From Pseudomonadota bacterium (GTDB lineage: Bacteria; Pseudomonadota; Alphaproteobacteria; Caulobacterales; Caulobacteraceae), in assembly GCA_040757715.1 (NCBI GenBank), contig JBFLWS010000004.1, positions 62,959 to 126,958 on the forward strand: DNA of 64,000 nt, in the 5' to 3' direction. The notes beneath the pieces are model-generated. The model did not search any database and had not been told where the DNA came from. It worked only from the letters and a program-made list of their open reading frames with translations. The position numbers were made by a program, and so were the translations under genes. Positions 30,199-41,258 of the stretch are shown here, in pieces. The number at the start of each line of letters is the position of its first letter. The first letter of the stretch is position 1.

Positions 30199-31545
30199 TC
30201 AGACCGGATTCTCGAGGCTGAAGCTCTGCGACTGTTCATCATAGGCGAACAGTTCCGCGTAACGGCCCCAGTTGATCACGGCGTCGAGGGTCTCCTCAGC
30301 GAACTCCTCGGACATGAAGTCCTCCAGCTCTTCGGAGAAGCGGCGATAGGGCGCGCGGTGGGAACGGCGTTCGTCCAGCACCCGGCGGATGAGGGCGGCG
30401 ATGGGCACACGCTGCATCAGCTGATCGCGGAAAATGCGCTTGCGGGCGTCGACGTCGCCGTCGACGAAGCGCTTGCCGGGCTCCATGAGGCGGATGTCGC
30501 CCGACTCCACCTCGGCGAAGCCCAGCAGTTGAAGCATTTCGGCGATGGGGAAGAACTCGTCGAGCTCCATGGAAAGCTCGCCCGCGATTTCCGGAAGGTC
30601 GGCCTTGCCTTCGAACGGTGGCTGATGCAACGCCTCCATGAGGCCAGCCAGCACTTCGGCGGAGATGGAAGCGAGCTGCAGGCCCATGCCCCCGCCAGGC
30701 TGTTCGGCCGCGGCGCGTTTTTGCTCCGCGCGCAACTTTGCGTCGGCAGGGTTGGTCATGCGGCCATAGATATCGTCCACCAGCTGGCGGAACTGCGGAT
30801 CGAGACGATTGCGCGGGTGCGGCAGGTCGATCTTGATCTCGGCGGCGATGCGGCCCGGATTGGCGGCGAAGATCACCACCCGGTCGCACATCAGCACGGC
30901 TTCTTCGATATTGTGGGTGACCAACAGAATGGAGCGCAGGGGCAGCTTGCCCTCCATCCACAGTTCGATGAGGTCGGTGCGGAGGGTCTCGGCCGTCAGC
31001 ACATCCAGCGCCGAGAAGGGCTCGTCCATCAGCAGCAAGCGCGGATGCACCACAAGGCCGCGGGCGAAGCCCACCCGCTGACGCATGCCGCCGGAAAGCT
31101 CCTTGGGGTAGGCGTTTTCGAAACCGTCGAGGCCGATGAGATCGATGGCCGCCAGGCTGCGCTGGCGGCGCTCCAACGGCGGCACGCCAAGGGGCTCGAG
31201 GCCGATCTCCACATTCTCCAACACGGTGAGCCAGGGGAAGAGGGCGAAGCTCTGGAACACCATGGCGATGCCGGGGGAGGGGCCATGCACGGGCTGGCCG
31301 CACCAGGTCACCTGGCCGTCAGCCGGGCTGGCGAGGCCGGCGACAATGCGCAGCAGCGAGGACTTGCCGGAACCCGAACGGCCCAAGAGCCCCACGATCT
31401 CGCCCTCGCGCAGGGCGAGATTGATGCCGTCCAGCACCAACAGATCGGCCCCCGATCCCTTGGCGTAGGTCTGGCGCACGTTCTTCACGTCGAGCATCAC
31501 CTCGCCCAGCTGTGGGCGCGTGGCGGCGAGCGCTGCATTGGCCAT
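30199..31545 (-). CDS. ABC transporter ATP-binding protein (NitT/TauT-like) with a ~190-aa C-terminal accessory domain
   Basis: Walker A GRSGSGKSS, signature LSGGMRQR and Walker B LLLMDEPFSALD. A long non-ABC C-terminal extension follows (...LPEIAGELSMELDEFFPIAEMLQLLGF...). Confidence 0.88.
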   Translation of the reverse strand: MANAALAATRPQLGEVMLDVKNVRQTYAKGSGADLLVLDGINLALREGEIVGLLGRSGSGKSSLLRIVAGLASPADGQVTWCGQPVHGPSPGIAMVFQSFALFPWLTVLENVEIGLEPLGVPPLERRQRSLAAIDLIGLDGFENAYPKELSGGMRQRVGFARGLVVHPRLLLMDEPFSALDVLTAETLRTDLIELWMEGKLPLRSILLVTHNIEEAVLMCDRVVIFAANPGRIAAEIKIDLPHPRNRLDPQFRQLVDDIYGRMTNPADAKLRAEQKRAAAEQPGGGMGLQLASISAEVLAGLMEALHQPPFEGKADLPEIAGELSMELDEFFPIAEMLQLLGFAEVESGDIRLMEPGKRFVDGDVDARKRIFRDQLMQRVPIAALIRRVLDERRSHRAPYRRFSEELEDFMSEEFAEETLDAVINWGRYAELFAYDEQSQSFSLENPV

Positions 31546-31560
31546 GACGCTTATCCTTTT

Positions 31561-33300
31561 TTAGTCGAGCCGCAGACGCCGGGCGCCGTAGTCGTAAAGC
31601 TTGCGCCAGAACAAGCGATTGAACAGCACTACAAAGAGGCTCATCACCGCCACCCCCAGCACCACCCGGCGGAAGTCGCCCTTGGCGGTGGCGTCGGTGA
31701 TGTAGGCGCCGAGGCCGTGCGCCTCCAGACGGGTTTTGCCCCAGCTCACCACCTCGGCGACGATGGAGGCGTTCCAGGACCCGCCCGAAGCGGTGATGGC
31801 GCCTGTGATGAAATAGGGGAAGATGCCGGGCAGGATCACCTTGCGCCACCAGGTCCAGCCCTTAACCCCGAAACTGTCCGCCGCCTCCTTCAGATCATTG
31901 GGGAAGGCCGTGGCGCCGGCGATGACGTTGAACAGAATGTACCACTGGGTGCCGAGGATCATCAGCGGCGAGAGCCATACGTCGGGCCAGCCGTTGAAGG
32001 CGACGATGCCGGCCACCGCCACCGGAAAGAGCAGGTTGGAGGGGAAGGCGGCCAGGAACTGAGCCACAGGCTGAACCTTTTCAGCCCACTTGGGCCGAAG
32101 TCCGATCCAAACGCCGATGGGCACCCAGATCAGGCTTGCGAGCGCAATCAGCACCAGCACGCGGGCGAGGGTGGCCAGCCCAAGCAGGAAGGCCTGCACC
32201 ACGTCGTTCCAACCCAGCGAAACCCGCAGGTAATCAACCACCATCCAGCCGGCGAACACCGCAGCGACGCCGAGCATGACGAACCAGATGATATCGGCGA
32301 TGGGGCTCGACCAGGCCTGTTGCACCGCCCGCGGCGTCTTCACCCCCTGGGCGATACGCAGGCGCATGAAGCCTTCGAGCAGGGCGGCGAGGGGGCGGAA
32401 TAGGCGCTGCGCCAGACGCGCGCGCTGGGCGAAGTCGAGCACCCAGGAGTGGGCCTGCGGGCCCGTGCCGGCGGACAGCTCCACCTTGAACTTCTCCGAC
32501 CAGGCCACCAGAGGCCGGAACAGCAGCTGGTCATAGATCAGGATCACCACCAGCATGGCGGCCACCGCCCAGCCGATGGCCGGCAGGTTCTGGTGACTGA
32601 TGGCCTCGGCCACATAGGAGCCGACGCCCGGCAGGGTGATGGTGGTGTCGCCGACGCTGATGGCTTCAGAGGCCACCACGAAGAACCAGGCGCCCGACAT
32701 GGACATCATGGCGTTCCAGATCAGGCCCGGAGCGGCGAAGGGCGCCTCCAGCGCCCAGAACCGCCGCCACCCGCCGAGCCGCAGGGAGTGGGTGACGTCG
32801 GACAGGTCTTTCGGCACCGTCTTCAGCGACTGATAGAAGCTGAAGGTCATGTTCCAGGCCTGGGCGGTGAAGATGGTGAACACCGAGGCGAGCTCGGCGC
32901 CCAGCACCTGCCCTGGGAACAGGTTCAGGAAGAAGGTGATGGTGAAGGTGAGGAACGCCAGCACCGGCACCGACTGGAGGATGTCCAGCAGCGGGATCAG
33001 CACCATCTCCGCCCGCCGGCTCTTGGCCGCCCAGGCGCCGTAGATGAAGGTGAACAGGAATGAGCAGATCAGGCCCGCCAGCATGCGCAATGTGGTGCGC
33101 AGGGCGTAGTAGGGCAGGGCCGAGGGATCGAGGCTGATCGGCGTGCGGGCGTTTTCAGCCAAGGGCTTGAGGGTCTGCGAGCCGCCATAGGTGACCAGCA
33201 CGAAACCGCCGATCACCAGGGTGAAGATCAGCGCATCCCAGATAGTGGGGACAAATCGCGACGGGCGGATCGCCGTGAGAGACGGGTGTTGGAGCGCCAT
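31561..33300 (-). CDS. ABC transporter permease, internally duplicated (two BPD-type transmembrane domains)
   Basis: 579-aa polytopic ORF, about twice the normal NitT/TauT permease length. Lies 15 nt upstream of the ATPase gene. Confidence 0.8.
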   Translation of the reverse strand: MALQHPSLTAIRPSRFVPTIWDALIFTLVIGGFVLVTYGGSQTLKPLAENARTPISLDPSALPYYALRTTLRMLAGLICSFLFTFIYGAWAAKSRRAEMVLIPLLDILQSVPVLAFLTFTITFFLNLFPGQVLGAELASVFTIFTAQAWNMTFSFYQSLKTVPKDLSDVTHSLRLGGWRRFWALEAPFAAPGLIWNAMMSMSGAWFFVVASEAISVGDTTITLPGVGSYVAEAISHQNLPAIGWAVAAMLVVILIYDQLLFRPLVAWSEKFKVELSAGTGPQAHSWVLDFAQRARLAQRLFRPLAALLEGFMRLRIAQGVKTPRAVQQAWSSPIADIIWFVMLGVAAVFAGWMVVDYLRVSLGWNDVVQAFLLGLATLARVLVLIALASLIWVPIGVWIGLRPKWAEKVQPVAQFLAAFPSNLLFPVAVAGIVAFNGWPDVWLSPLMILGTQWYILFNVIAGATAFPNDLKEAADSFGVKGWTWWRKVILPGIFPYFITGAITASGGSWNASIVAEVVSWGKTRLEAHGLGAYITDATAKGDFRRVVLGVAVMSLFVVLFNRLFWRKLYDYGARRLRLD

Positions 33301-33433
33301 GGCCCATCCTCCGGCATGTGAAGACCCCGTCTCGATCGTATTGTCGGCCCGCCCTTACAGGGGGAAATTCTCGTGCGCAACCCGGCCTTCCGCGACATTT
33401 CTTTGACAGCGGCGCCGCTAGAACGCCCGATGC

Positions 33434-34222
33434 TTACCGGCCCTTGAAGTCCGGCTTCCGCTTTTCCACGAAGGCGGCCATGCCTTCCTTCTGATCCTGG
33501 AAGGCGAACAGGGAGTGGAACAGGCGCCGCTCCAGCTTGACGCCCTCCGTGAGGGTGGTCTCCAGCGCCGCCTGCACCAGCTCCTTGTTCATCATCACCG
33601 CCAGGGGCGATTGGGCGGCGATCTTCGTCGCCGCAGCCATGGCTTCCTCGAGGAGCTTGTCGAGGGCGACGACGCGGCTGACCAACCCGGCCCGCTCGGC
33701 TTCGGCCGCATCCATCATGCGGGCGGTGAGGATCAGGTCCATGGCCTTGGACTTGCCCACCAGCCGGGTCAGGCGCTGGGTGCCGCCGATGCCGGGGGAG
33801 ACGCCGAGGGTGATTTCCGGCTGGCCGAACTTGGCGTTCTCGGCGGCGATGATGAAGTCGCACATCATGGCCAGCTCGCAACCGCCGCCGAGGGCGTAGC
33901 CGGCCACCGCGGCGATGATCGGCTTGCGGCAACGCTCGATCCGCGTGGCCGGAGCGGTGAAGAAGTCGAGCTTGAACATGTCGGCGTAAGACTTCTCCGA
34001 CATTTCCTTGATGTCGGCGCCGGCGGCGAAAGCCCGCTCGGAGCCGGTGAGCACGATGCAGCCCACCCCGTCGTCGGCCTCCACAATGTCCAAGGCCTGG
34101 CTGAGGTCGCTGAGCAGCTGACTGTTGAGGGCGTTCAGCGCTTCGGGCCGGTTCAGCCGAATGAGCGCCGCCGCGCCGTCGCGTTCCAAAAGAAGGGTGG
34201 AGAAGGCGGGGACGTCGGACAT
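33434..34222 (-). CDS. enoyl-CoA hydratase (crotonase family)
   Basis: 262 aa with ...ALNALN...[18 protein letters not shown]...[11 protein letters not shown]..., a typical short-chain enoyl-CoA hydratase. Confidence 0.9.
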   Translation of the reverse strand: MSDVPAFSTLLLERDGAAALIRLNRPEALNALNSQLLSDLSQALDIVEADDGVGCIVLTGSERAFAAGADIKEMSEKSYADMFKLDFFTAPATRIERCRKPIIAAVAGYALGGGCELAMMCDFIIAAENAKFGQPEITLGVSPGIGGTQRLTRLVGKSKAMDLILTARMMDAAEAERAGLVSRVVALDKLLEEAMAAATKIAAQSPLAVMMNKELVQAALETTLTEGVKLERRLFHSLFAFQDQKEGMAAFVEKRKPDFKGR

Positions 34223-34300
34223 GGGGCTCTCCGAAATGAGGTGCGCCCTCTCAACGCCCGCGCAAGCCTGCGGTCAAGCGCCTCGCTCGGTGATGTGCTG

Positions 34301-35152
34301 CTATTTCTGGCAAACCGGACAGAAGAAGGTGGAGCGTCCACCCTGGACGATGCGGGCGAGTACGCCGCGACACCGGGGGGTTAGACACGGCTCGCCCTCG
34401 CGGCCATAGGCCCGGAAAGCGTGTTGGAAATAGCCAAGGTCGCCGTCGGCGTTGCGATAGTCGCGCAAGGTGGACCCGCCGGCCGCGATCGCTTCTTCGA
34501 GCACGGTCTTGACCACCTCCACCAGCCGCTTGGTCTCCTTCGGCTTGAGCGCTCCGGCGGGGCGTTCGGGATGCAGGCCGGCGCGATAGAGCGCCTCGCA
34601 GACATAGATGTTGCCAAGGCCGGCCACGATACGCTGATCGAGCAGGCTGACCTTGAGGTTCTGGCGGCGGCCAGCCAGGGCGGCGGCGAGGCGTTCGGGG
34701 CTGAAGTCATCCGACAGGGGCTCCGGTCCCAGCCCTGCGAACCACGCGTGTGACGCAAGGGCTGTCGAAGCGATCAGATCCATGTAGCCGAAGCGCCGCG
34801 CGTCATTGAAGGCGATGCGCACGCCAGCTTCAGTCTCCAGCACCACATGGGTGTGCTTTTCGTCGTCGCCGGCGGGATGGTGGAAAGCGCCAGGCTTGGC
34901 TTCCCCCACCAGGAACCGCCCCGTCATGCCGAGGTGCGCTACCAGGGTCTCGTCGGTGGAGAGGGGCGCGAGCAGATACTTGGCCCGCCGCTCCAGCCGC
35001 AGCACCCGCGCGCCCGTCAGCCGCTGCACAAAACCGTCAGGAAAGGGAAAGCGCAGGTCGGCCCGCCGCTGCTCCACCCGCGACAGGCGTGCGCCCACAA
35101 GGTGGGGCGCCAGGCCCCGACGGACGGTTTCGACTTCAGGCAGTTCGGGCAT
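34301..35152 (-). CDS. mutM: formamidopyrimidine-DNA glycosylase
   Basis: N-terminus [14 protein letters not shown] and a C-terminal zinc finger C..C...CPVCQK. Confidence 0.95.
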   Translation of the reverse strand: MPELPEVETVRRGLAPHLVGARLSRVEQRRADLRFPFPDGFVQRLTGARVLRLERRAKYLLAPLSTDETLVAHLGMTGRFLVGEAKPGAFHHPAGDDEKHTHVVLETEAGVRIAFNDARRFGYMDLIASTALASHAWFAGLGPEPLSDDFSPERLAAALAGRRQNLKVSLLDQRIVAGLGNIYVCEALYRAGLHPERPAGALKPKETKRLVEVVKTVLEEAIAAGGSTLRDYRNADGDLGYFQHAFRAYGREGEPCLTPRCRGVLARIVQGGRSTFFCPVCQK

Positions 35153-35226
35153 GGGGCCAGGGCTCGGGCGAAAACTTGATTTCGCACCGTACCCAGATGC
35201 AGCGATTTGGTCTAAGCCCGCAGACC

Positions 35227-36021
35227 ATGACCAAGGCCCATTCCGATCTGAGCGCCGGAACCTCCAGTTTCGGCTTCCGCGACGTGGACGCCCGCGACAA
35301 GGCCGGCCTGGTGCGCGGCGTGTTCGACAAGGTGGCCAGCCGCTACGACCTCATGAACGATCTCATGAGCCTCGGCGTGCACCGGCTGTGGAAGGACATG
35401 ACCGCGGCGCGGCTCAATCCGCAGCCTGGCGAGACCATCGTCGACTGCGCCGGCGGCACCGGCGACATCGCCCGGCGTCTGGCCAAGCTCGCCCGCGAGG
35501 CCAAGGCCCGGCGGGGCGGCGACGCGGCCGGGGTCCCCGACGCCAGGATCATGGTCATAGACTACAACGCCGAAATGATCGCCGCCGGCAAGACCCGCGG
35601 CGGCGAGCCGGAAATCGTCTGGGCGGTGGGCGACGCCCAGCGCCTGCCCCTGCCGGACGCCTCGGCCGACGCCTATGTGATCGGTTTCGGCATTCGCAAC
35701 GTCACCGACATCGCCGCGGCTCTACGCGACGCCCGCCGGGTGCTGAAGCCGGGCGGACGGTTCCTATGCCTGGAATTCTCCCGGCCGCCGGTGAAGGTCA
35801 TCCGTCAGATCTATGACGCCTATTCGTTCCACGCGATCCCGGCCATGGGCGAGCTCGCCGCCTCGGACCGCGCCTCCTACCAGTATCTGGTGGAGAGCAT
35901 TCGCCGCTTCCCGCCCCAGGACAAGTTCGCCGCCATGATGCGCGAGGCGGGCTTCAAGCAGGTGAGCTTCACCAATTTCAGCGGCGGGGTGGCCGCTCTG
36001 CACCAGGGCTGGGCGCTCTAG
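35227..36021 (+). CDS. ubiE: demethylmenaquinone/ubiquinone C-methyltransferase
   Basis: [21 protein letters not shown] and the SAM motif DCAGGTGD. Start re-called at MTKAHSD (35227). Confidence 0.9.
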   Translation: MTKAHSDLSAGTSSFGFRDVDARDKAGLVRGVFDKVASRYDLMNDLMSLGVHRLWKDMTAARLNPQPGETIVDCAGGTGDIARRLAKLAREAKARRGGDAAGVPDARIMVIDYNAEMIAAGKTRGGEPEIVWAVGDAQRLPLPDASADAYVIGFGIRNVTDIAAALRDARRVLKPGGRFLCLEFSRPPVKVIRQIYDAYSFHAIPAMGELAASDRASYQYLVESIRRFPPQDKFAAMMREAGFKQVSFTNFSGGVAALHQGWAL

Positions 36022-36033
36022 GGGCCCGCCGGG

Positions 36034-37533
36034 ATGATCGCCGCCGCCCTTCGCATGCTCGCCGCCGGCTCGGTGCTGGTGCGCTACGACGCCCTCGCGC
36101 CGCGGGAGTTCGCCGAGCTGCTGCCCGGCCCCGCTCGCTTCGCCGCCAGCGTGCTGCGCCTGTTCAGCGGGCCGGAGGCCAAGGCCGGCCGTCCTGGCGA
36201 GCGCCTCGCCCACGCCTTTGAACGGCTGGGGCCCGTGGCCATCAAGCTTGGCCAGCTGCTCTCCACCCGCGCCGACATCTTCGGTCAGCAGTTCTCCGAC
36301 GATCTCAGCCGGCTGAAGGACCGCCTGCCGCCGTTCCCCTTGGAGGCGGCCAAGCGCGACATGGAAGCAGCCTTAGGGCGCCCGCTGGACGCCCTGTTCG
36401 TCGAGATCGAGCCCGCCGTGGCCGCCGCGTCCATCGCCCAGGCCCATCCCGCCGTGCTGATCGACGGGCGCAAGGTGGCGGTGAAGGTGCTGCGCCCCGG
36501 CGTGGAGAAGCGCATCGCCGCCGACGTGGCCGCCATGCGCCTCGGCGCAATTCTGGTCGAGGCCGCCGCCCCGCCGCTGCGCCGTCTCGGTCCCAAGGCC
36601 TTCGTGGCCACCGTGGCCCGCTCGCTCGATCTTGAGCTCGACCTACGCCTTGAGGCCGCTGGCGCGTCCGAGCTTGGCGAGGTGATGGCCGGCGACGGCT
36701 ACATGACCGCCCCGGCGGTGGTGTGGGAGGGGGTGGCCAAACGGGTTCTGACCCTGGAATGGGCGGAAGGCGTTCCGCTCTCCACGCCGGAAGCCCTGGA
36801 AATCGAAGGCCTTGACCGGCCCGAGCTGGCCAACCGGGTGATCCGCGCCTTCCTCGCCCAGGCGCTCGACCACGGCGTCTTCCACGCCGATCTGCACGAG
36901 GGCAACCTGTTTGCGGCCGCCCCCGCGCGGCTGATGGCGGTGGACTACGGCATTGTCGGCCGGCTCGATCCCGATGCGCGGCGGTTCCTGGCCGAGATCC
37001 TCTGGGGCTTTCTCAATCGCGACTATCGCCGCGTTTCCGAGGTGCATTTCGAAGCCGGCTACGTCCCGCCGCACCAGGACGTGGACACCTTCGCCCAGGC
37101 CCTGCGCTCCATCGGCGAGCCGATCTTCGGACGCAAGGCTAAGGACGTGTCCATGGGCCGCCTGCTCGGCCAGCTTTTCGAATTCACCGAGCTGTTCGAA
37201 ATGCGCATGCGGCCGGAGCTGGTCCTCCTGCAGAAGACCATGGTCACGGTGGAGGGCGTCGCTCGCCGCATCGATCCGGCCAACGACATCTGGCAGGCGG
37301 CCAAGCCGGTGGTGGAGCGCTGGATCGCCCGCGAACTCTCGCCCCCGGCCCAGGCCCAGCGGCTGGCCCTGCGGGGTTTGCGGCTGTTCGAAGCTTTGGA
37401 GGCGAGACTGCAGACGCCAACGACGCCGACTCCAGAGCGAACCGACCAGATGCGCGGGCTCTGGCTGGCCTTGGGACTAGCCGCAGCGGCGTCGGTGTTC
37501 GGCGCCGCCGCCTTGGCGCGGCTCTTCTTCTGA
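36034..37533 (+). CDS. ubiB: ubiquinone biosynthesis regulatory protein kinase UbiB (ABC1/ADCK family)
   Basis: ABC1 kinase-like blocks (...AAASIAQAH...VAVKVLRPG...HADLHEGN) plus a C-terminal TM helix. Immediately follows ubiE. Confidence 0.9.
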   Translation: MIAAALRMLAAGSVLVRYDALAPREFAELLPGPARFAASVLRLFSGPEAKAGRPGERLAHAFERLGPVAIKLGQLLSTRADIFGQQFSDDLSRLKDRLPPFPLEAAKRDMEAALGRPLDALFVEIEPAVAAASIAQAHPAVLIDGRKVAVKVLRPGVEKRIAADVAAMRLGAILVEAAAPPLRRLGPKAFVATVARSLDLELDLRLEAAGASELGEVMAGDGYMTAPAVVWEGVAKRVLTLEWAEGVPLSTPEALEIEGLDRPELANRVIRAFLAQALDHGVFHADLHEGNLFAAAPARLMAVDYGIVGRLDPDARRFLAEILWGFLNRDYRRVSEVHFEAGYVPPHQDVDTFAQALRSIGEPIFGRKAKDVSMGRLLGQLFEFTELFEMRMRPELVLLQKTMVTVEGVARRIDPANDIWQAAKPVVERWIARELSPPAQAQRLALRGLRLFEALEARLQTPTTPTPERTDQMRGLWLALGLAAAASVFGAAALARLFF

Positions 37534-37536
37534 GGA

Positions 37537-38826
37537 TCAGCCGAGGAACGGGTCGCGCATGAGGATGGTGTCCTCGCGCTCGGGGCTGGTGGAGAGGAGC
37601 GCCACCGGCGCGCCGATCAGCTCCTCCACCCGGCGGACATATTTCACTGCATTGGCCGGCAGGTCCTTCCACGAGCGGGCGCCGAAGGTGGTTTCGCTCC
37701 AGCCCTCCAGCTCCTCATACACCGGAACCGCCGCCGCCTGGTCGGCCATGCCCGAGGGCAGGTAGTCCAGCAGCTGATCGCCCACCTGGTAGCCGACGCA
37801 GATCTTCAGGGTCGGCAAGCCGTCCAGCACGTCGAGCTTGGTGAAGGCCACGCCCTGCACGCCGTTGAGGATCACGGTCTGGCGCACCAGCACGGCGTCG
37901 AACCAGCCGCAGCGCCGGCTGCGCCCGGTGACCACGCCCACTTCGCGGCCCACGGTGGAGAGATGCTTGCCCACCTCGTCGTTCAGCTCGGTGGGGAAGG
38001 GGCCCTCGCCCACCCGGGTGGTGTAGGCCTTGACGATGCCGAGCACATAATCCACCGCGCCCGGGCCAAGGCCCGACCCCGCCGAGGCCTGACCGGCCAC
38101 CGTGTTGGACGACGTCACATACGGGTAGGTGCCGTGATCTACGTCGAGCAGCGCGCCCTGGGCGCCTTCGAACAGGATGCGCTGGCCGCCCTTGTAGGCG
38201 TGATCCAGCAGGCGCCAGGCCGGCTTGGCGTAGGGCAAGATCTTCGGCGCAACATTGATCAACTCATTACGCAGGGCGTCGGCGTCGACTTCCGGCAGAT
38301 CAAGACCGCGGCGCAGGGCGTTGTGGTGCGCCAAAAGCTTGGGCAGCTTCAGATCGATGGCCGCAAGATCGGCGAGATCACCCACGCGGATGGCCCGCCG
38401 CCCCACCTTGTCTTCATAGGCCGGGCCGATGCCGCGCCCGGTGGTGCCGATCTTGACCCCTTCGGCGGCGGCCTCGCGGGCCTGATCAAGGTCGCGGTGC
38501 AGGGGCAGGATGAGCGCGGCGTTGTCGGCCACGGCCAGCCCCTCGGGGGTGATGGTTATGCCCTGGGATTCGATGGAGGCGATTTCCTCGAGGAGCTTCC
38601 AGGGATCCACCACCACGCCGGAGCCGATGATGGAGAGCTTGTTCTGCACCACGCCTGAGGGGAGCAGGGAGAGCTTATAGACCTTGCCGTCCACCACCAG
38701 GGTGTGACCAGCATTGTGGCCGCCCTGGAAGCGCACCACCACATCGGCGCGGTTCGACAGCCAGTCGACGATCTTGCCCTTGCCCTCGTCGCCCCATTGA
38801 GCGCCGACCACCGCCACGTTCGCCAT
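37537..38826 (-). CDS. purA: adenylosuccinate synthase
   Basis: The N-terminal P-loop [14 protein letters not shown] is diagnostic. 429 aa. Confidence 0.96.
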   Translation of the reverse strand: MANVAVVGAQWGDEGKGKIVDWLSNRADVVVRFQGGHNAGHTLVVDGKVYKLSLLPSGVVQNKLSIIGSGVVVDPWKLLEEIASIESQGITITPEGLAVADNAALILPLHRDLDQAREAAAEGVKIGTTGRGIGPAYEDKVGRRAIRVGDLADLAAIDLKLPKLLAHHNALRRGLDLPEVDADALRNELINVAPKILPYAKPAWRLLDHAYKGGQRILFEGAQGALLDVDHGTYPYVTSSNTVAGQASAGSGLGPGAVDYVLGIVKAYTTRVGEGPFPTELNDEVGKHLSTVGREVGVVTGRSRRCGWFDAVLVRQTVILNGVQGVAFTKLDVLDGLPTLKICVGYQVGDQLLDYLPSGMADQAAAVPVYEELEGWSETTFGARSWKDLPANAVKYVRRVEELIGAPVALLSTSPEREDTILMRDPFLG

Positions 38827-38925
38827 GGATATGACCTCTCCGCCCGCCCGGAAAATCGGCGCACCCTTCGACGAGCCCTCGGTGCGGCGACGGAGATCAA
38901 TTGTGGTGTCGGGCGACCGGCCCGA

Positions 38926-39516
38926 TCAGCGGAAGCGGTATACCAATCGACCCCCGACGTCGTCGAGCCCCTGGTTCTTGCCCTGGTGGAAGATCTGGCC
39001 GTTTGACAAATGCTCATAGGAGAGCTCGACCGACCATTTGGGCGTCAGATGATAGCCAAGCGCCAGATGGGGGTTGAACTCCCAGTGCGAACCGAAGTCG
39101 ATGCGGGTGTAGTAGAGGTGCAGACGGCGTTGCACTTCGGCCGGCGCAAGGCCGGGCGCGTTCACGGGCGGCAGGCCAGCCTTGCCTGTGGTGTAGCCGA
39201 CACCAATGCCCGGCAGCACGTACCAAGGGGTCTTGCCAAGATTGATCGGCCAGTTGAGGCCGGCCATGAGGAAATCCGTGGAGACTTGAGTGTTGGCGGA
39301 AGCGAGCACATAGGCCGACGGCTTGGCGAGCCAGGTCCAGGACTTGATCGGGTCCGTACGGTACTGGGCCATGATGTCCACGCCGCCTTCGCGGTCGGCC
39401 GGGCCGAGGTCGTGGGCGTAGACGCCGGCGGCGACTTCATCGGCCCGCGCGGTTCCGGCCGCCGCCGCAGTCAGGACAATCGCCGCCGCAGCCATGCGGC
39501 CGATCCAGGTCGTCAT
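38926..39516 (-). CDS. acyloxyacyl hydrolase / PagL-like outer-membrane lipid A deacylase family protein
   Basis: Signal peptide (MTTWIGRMAAAAIVLTAAAAGTARA), beta-barrel-like alternating pattern, and C-terminal ...SYEHLSNG... carrying the His/Ser pair typical of the family. GAGGGGGAA lies upstream of ATG 39514-39516. Confidence 0.62.
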   Translation of the reverse strand: MTTWIGRMAAAAIVLTAAAAGTARADEVAAGVYAHDLGPADREGGVDIMAQYRTDPIKSWTWLAKPSAYVLASANTQVSTDFLMAGLNWPINLGKTPWYVLPGIGVGYTTGKAGLPPVNAPGLAPAEVQRRLHLYYTRIDFGSHWEFNPHLALGYHLTPKWSVELSYEHLSNGQIFHQGKNQGLDDVGGRLVYRFR

Positions 39517-39599
39517 GTGGTCGTTCCCCCTCAAGCCGGCGCGACGACGCGCGCATCGAGACGATTTATCGCCTGATACGCGCGTTCCGCCAAGCCGCC

Positions 39600-41186
39600 T
39601 TAGAAAACGAGGCGACGAACTTCCTTCACGTGCGGCAGATCGCGCACACGCTTGAGCAGCTCGTCATCCAGCGCCTGGTCCACGCCCACCATGGCGATGG
39701 CGTCTCCACCCGAAGCCGTGCGGCCGAGGTTGAAGGTGGCGATGTTGACGCCGGACTCCGCCAGGATGCCGCCCAAGGCGCCGATGAAGCCCGGTTTGTC
39801 GAGGTTGTTCACATAGAGCATGCAAGGCGCCATGGGGGCCTCCAGCTCCATGCCCTTGACCTCCACCAGGCGCGGCGCCCCGCCGATCACCGTGCCGGCA
39901 TAGGCGCGCTGGCCGCTTTCAGCCGTCACCACGATGCGGATCAGGCTGTCATAGACCGGCGACAGGTTTTGACGGCTCTCGGACACCACCACGCCGCGGG
40001 CGGCGGCGGCGGCCGGCGCCGAGACGATATTGATGTCCGCCAGCATGGGCCGCAGCACGCCGGCGAGGGCGGCCGAAGTCATGGGCTTCACATTGAGGCT
40101 AGCCACCTCGCCCACATAGTGGATGTCCACCGAGGTGAGGCCGCCGTCCACCATCTGGCCGGCGAAGGCGCCCAGCTTTTCGGCCAAGGCGATGAAGGGC
40201 TTCAGCTTAGGCGCCTCATCGGCGGTGACCGAAGGGCTGTTGAGGGCGTTGGAGATGGCGCCGGTGAGGAGATAGTCGGCCATCTGCTCGGCCACTTGCA
40301 GAGCCACGTTCTCCTGCGCCTCCTGGGTGGAGGCGCCGAGGTGAGGCGTGGCGATGAAGTTGGGCGCGCCGAACAGCACGTTCTCAGTGGCCGGCTCGGT
40401 GGCGAACACGTCGAGGGCCGCGCCGGCGATATGGCCGCTGTCGAGGCCTGCACGCAGCGCCGCTTCATCGATCAGGCCGCCGCGGGCGCAGTTGATGATG
40501 CGCACGCCCTTCTTGGTTTTCGCCAGTGCGTCCGCAGAGAGCACGTTGCGGGTCTTTTCGGTGAGCGGGGTGTGCAGGGTGATGAAGTCGGCGCGGGCGA
40601 GAAGCTCGTCCAGCTCCACCTTCTCCACGCCCAGGGCCACCGCGCGCTCGGGGGTGAGGAAGGGGTCGAAGGCCACCACCTTCATCTTCAGGCCGTTGGC
40701 GCGATCAGCGACGATGGAGCCGATATTGCCGCAGCCGATGACGCCGAGGGTCTTGGCGGTGACCTCCACGCCCATGAAGCGGTTCTTCTCCCACTTGCCG
40801 GCCTGGGTGGAGGCGTCGGCGGCGGGCAGTTCGCGGGCGAGCGCCATCATCATGGCGATGGCGTGTTCGGCAGTGGTGATGGAGTTGCCGAAGGGGGTGT
40901 TCATCACCACCACCCCGGCGGCGGTGGCGGCGGGCACGTCGATATTGTCGACGCCAATGCCGGCTCGGCCGATCACCTTCAGATGCTTGGCGGCGGCGAT
41001 GACGTCCTTGTCGGCCTTGGTGGCCGAGCGGACGGCGAGGCCGTCGTAATTGCCGATGATGGCGAGGAGTTCGTCCTTCTTCAGGCCGGTCTTTACATCG
41101 GCCTGGACGCCGCGGCGCTGGAAGATTTCCAGGGCGGCGGGGGAGAGCTTGTCAGCGATGAGCACGCGCGGGGACATGGGTTTCAT
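39600..41186 (-). CDS. serA: D-3-phosphoglycerate dehydrogenase (long form with ASB and ACT domains)
   Basis: NAD-binding motif GVIGCGNIGS, 528 aa. Adjacent to serC. Confidence 0.92.
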   Translation of the reverse strand: MKPMSPRVLIADKLSPAALEIFQRRGVQADVKTGLKKDELLAIIGNYDGLAVRSATKADKDVIAAAKHLKVIGRAGIGVDNIDVPAATAAGVVVMNTPFGNSITTAEHAIAMMMALARELPAADASTQAGKWEKNRFMGVEVTAKTLGVIGCGNIGSIVADRANGLKMKVVAFDPFLTPERAVALGVEKVELDELLARADFITLHTPLTEKTRNVLSADALAKTKKGVRIINCARGGLIDEAALRAGLDSGHIAGAALDVFATEPATENVLFGAPNFIATPHLGASTQEAQENVALQVAEQMADYLLTGAISNALNSPSVTADEAPKLKPFIALAEKLGAFAGQMVDGGLTSVDIHYVGEVASLNVKPMTSAALAGVLRPMLADINIVSAPAAAAARGVVVSESRQNLSPVYDSLIRIVVTAESGQRAYAGTVIGGAPRLVEVKGMELEAPMAPCMLYVNNLDKPGFIGALGGILAESGVNIATFNLGRTASGGDAIAMVGVDQALDDELLKRVRDLPHVKEVRRLVF

Positions 41187-41258
41187 CTCCTAAGGCGGGG
41201 GCGCGAGCCATCGCGCCCGCCGCAGAGTCAGGAATTAAAGCGTTGGAGTCGCCTTCGT

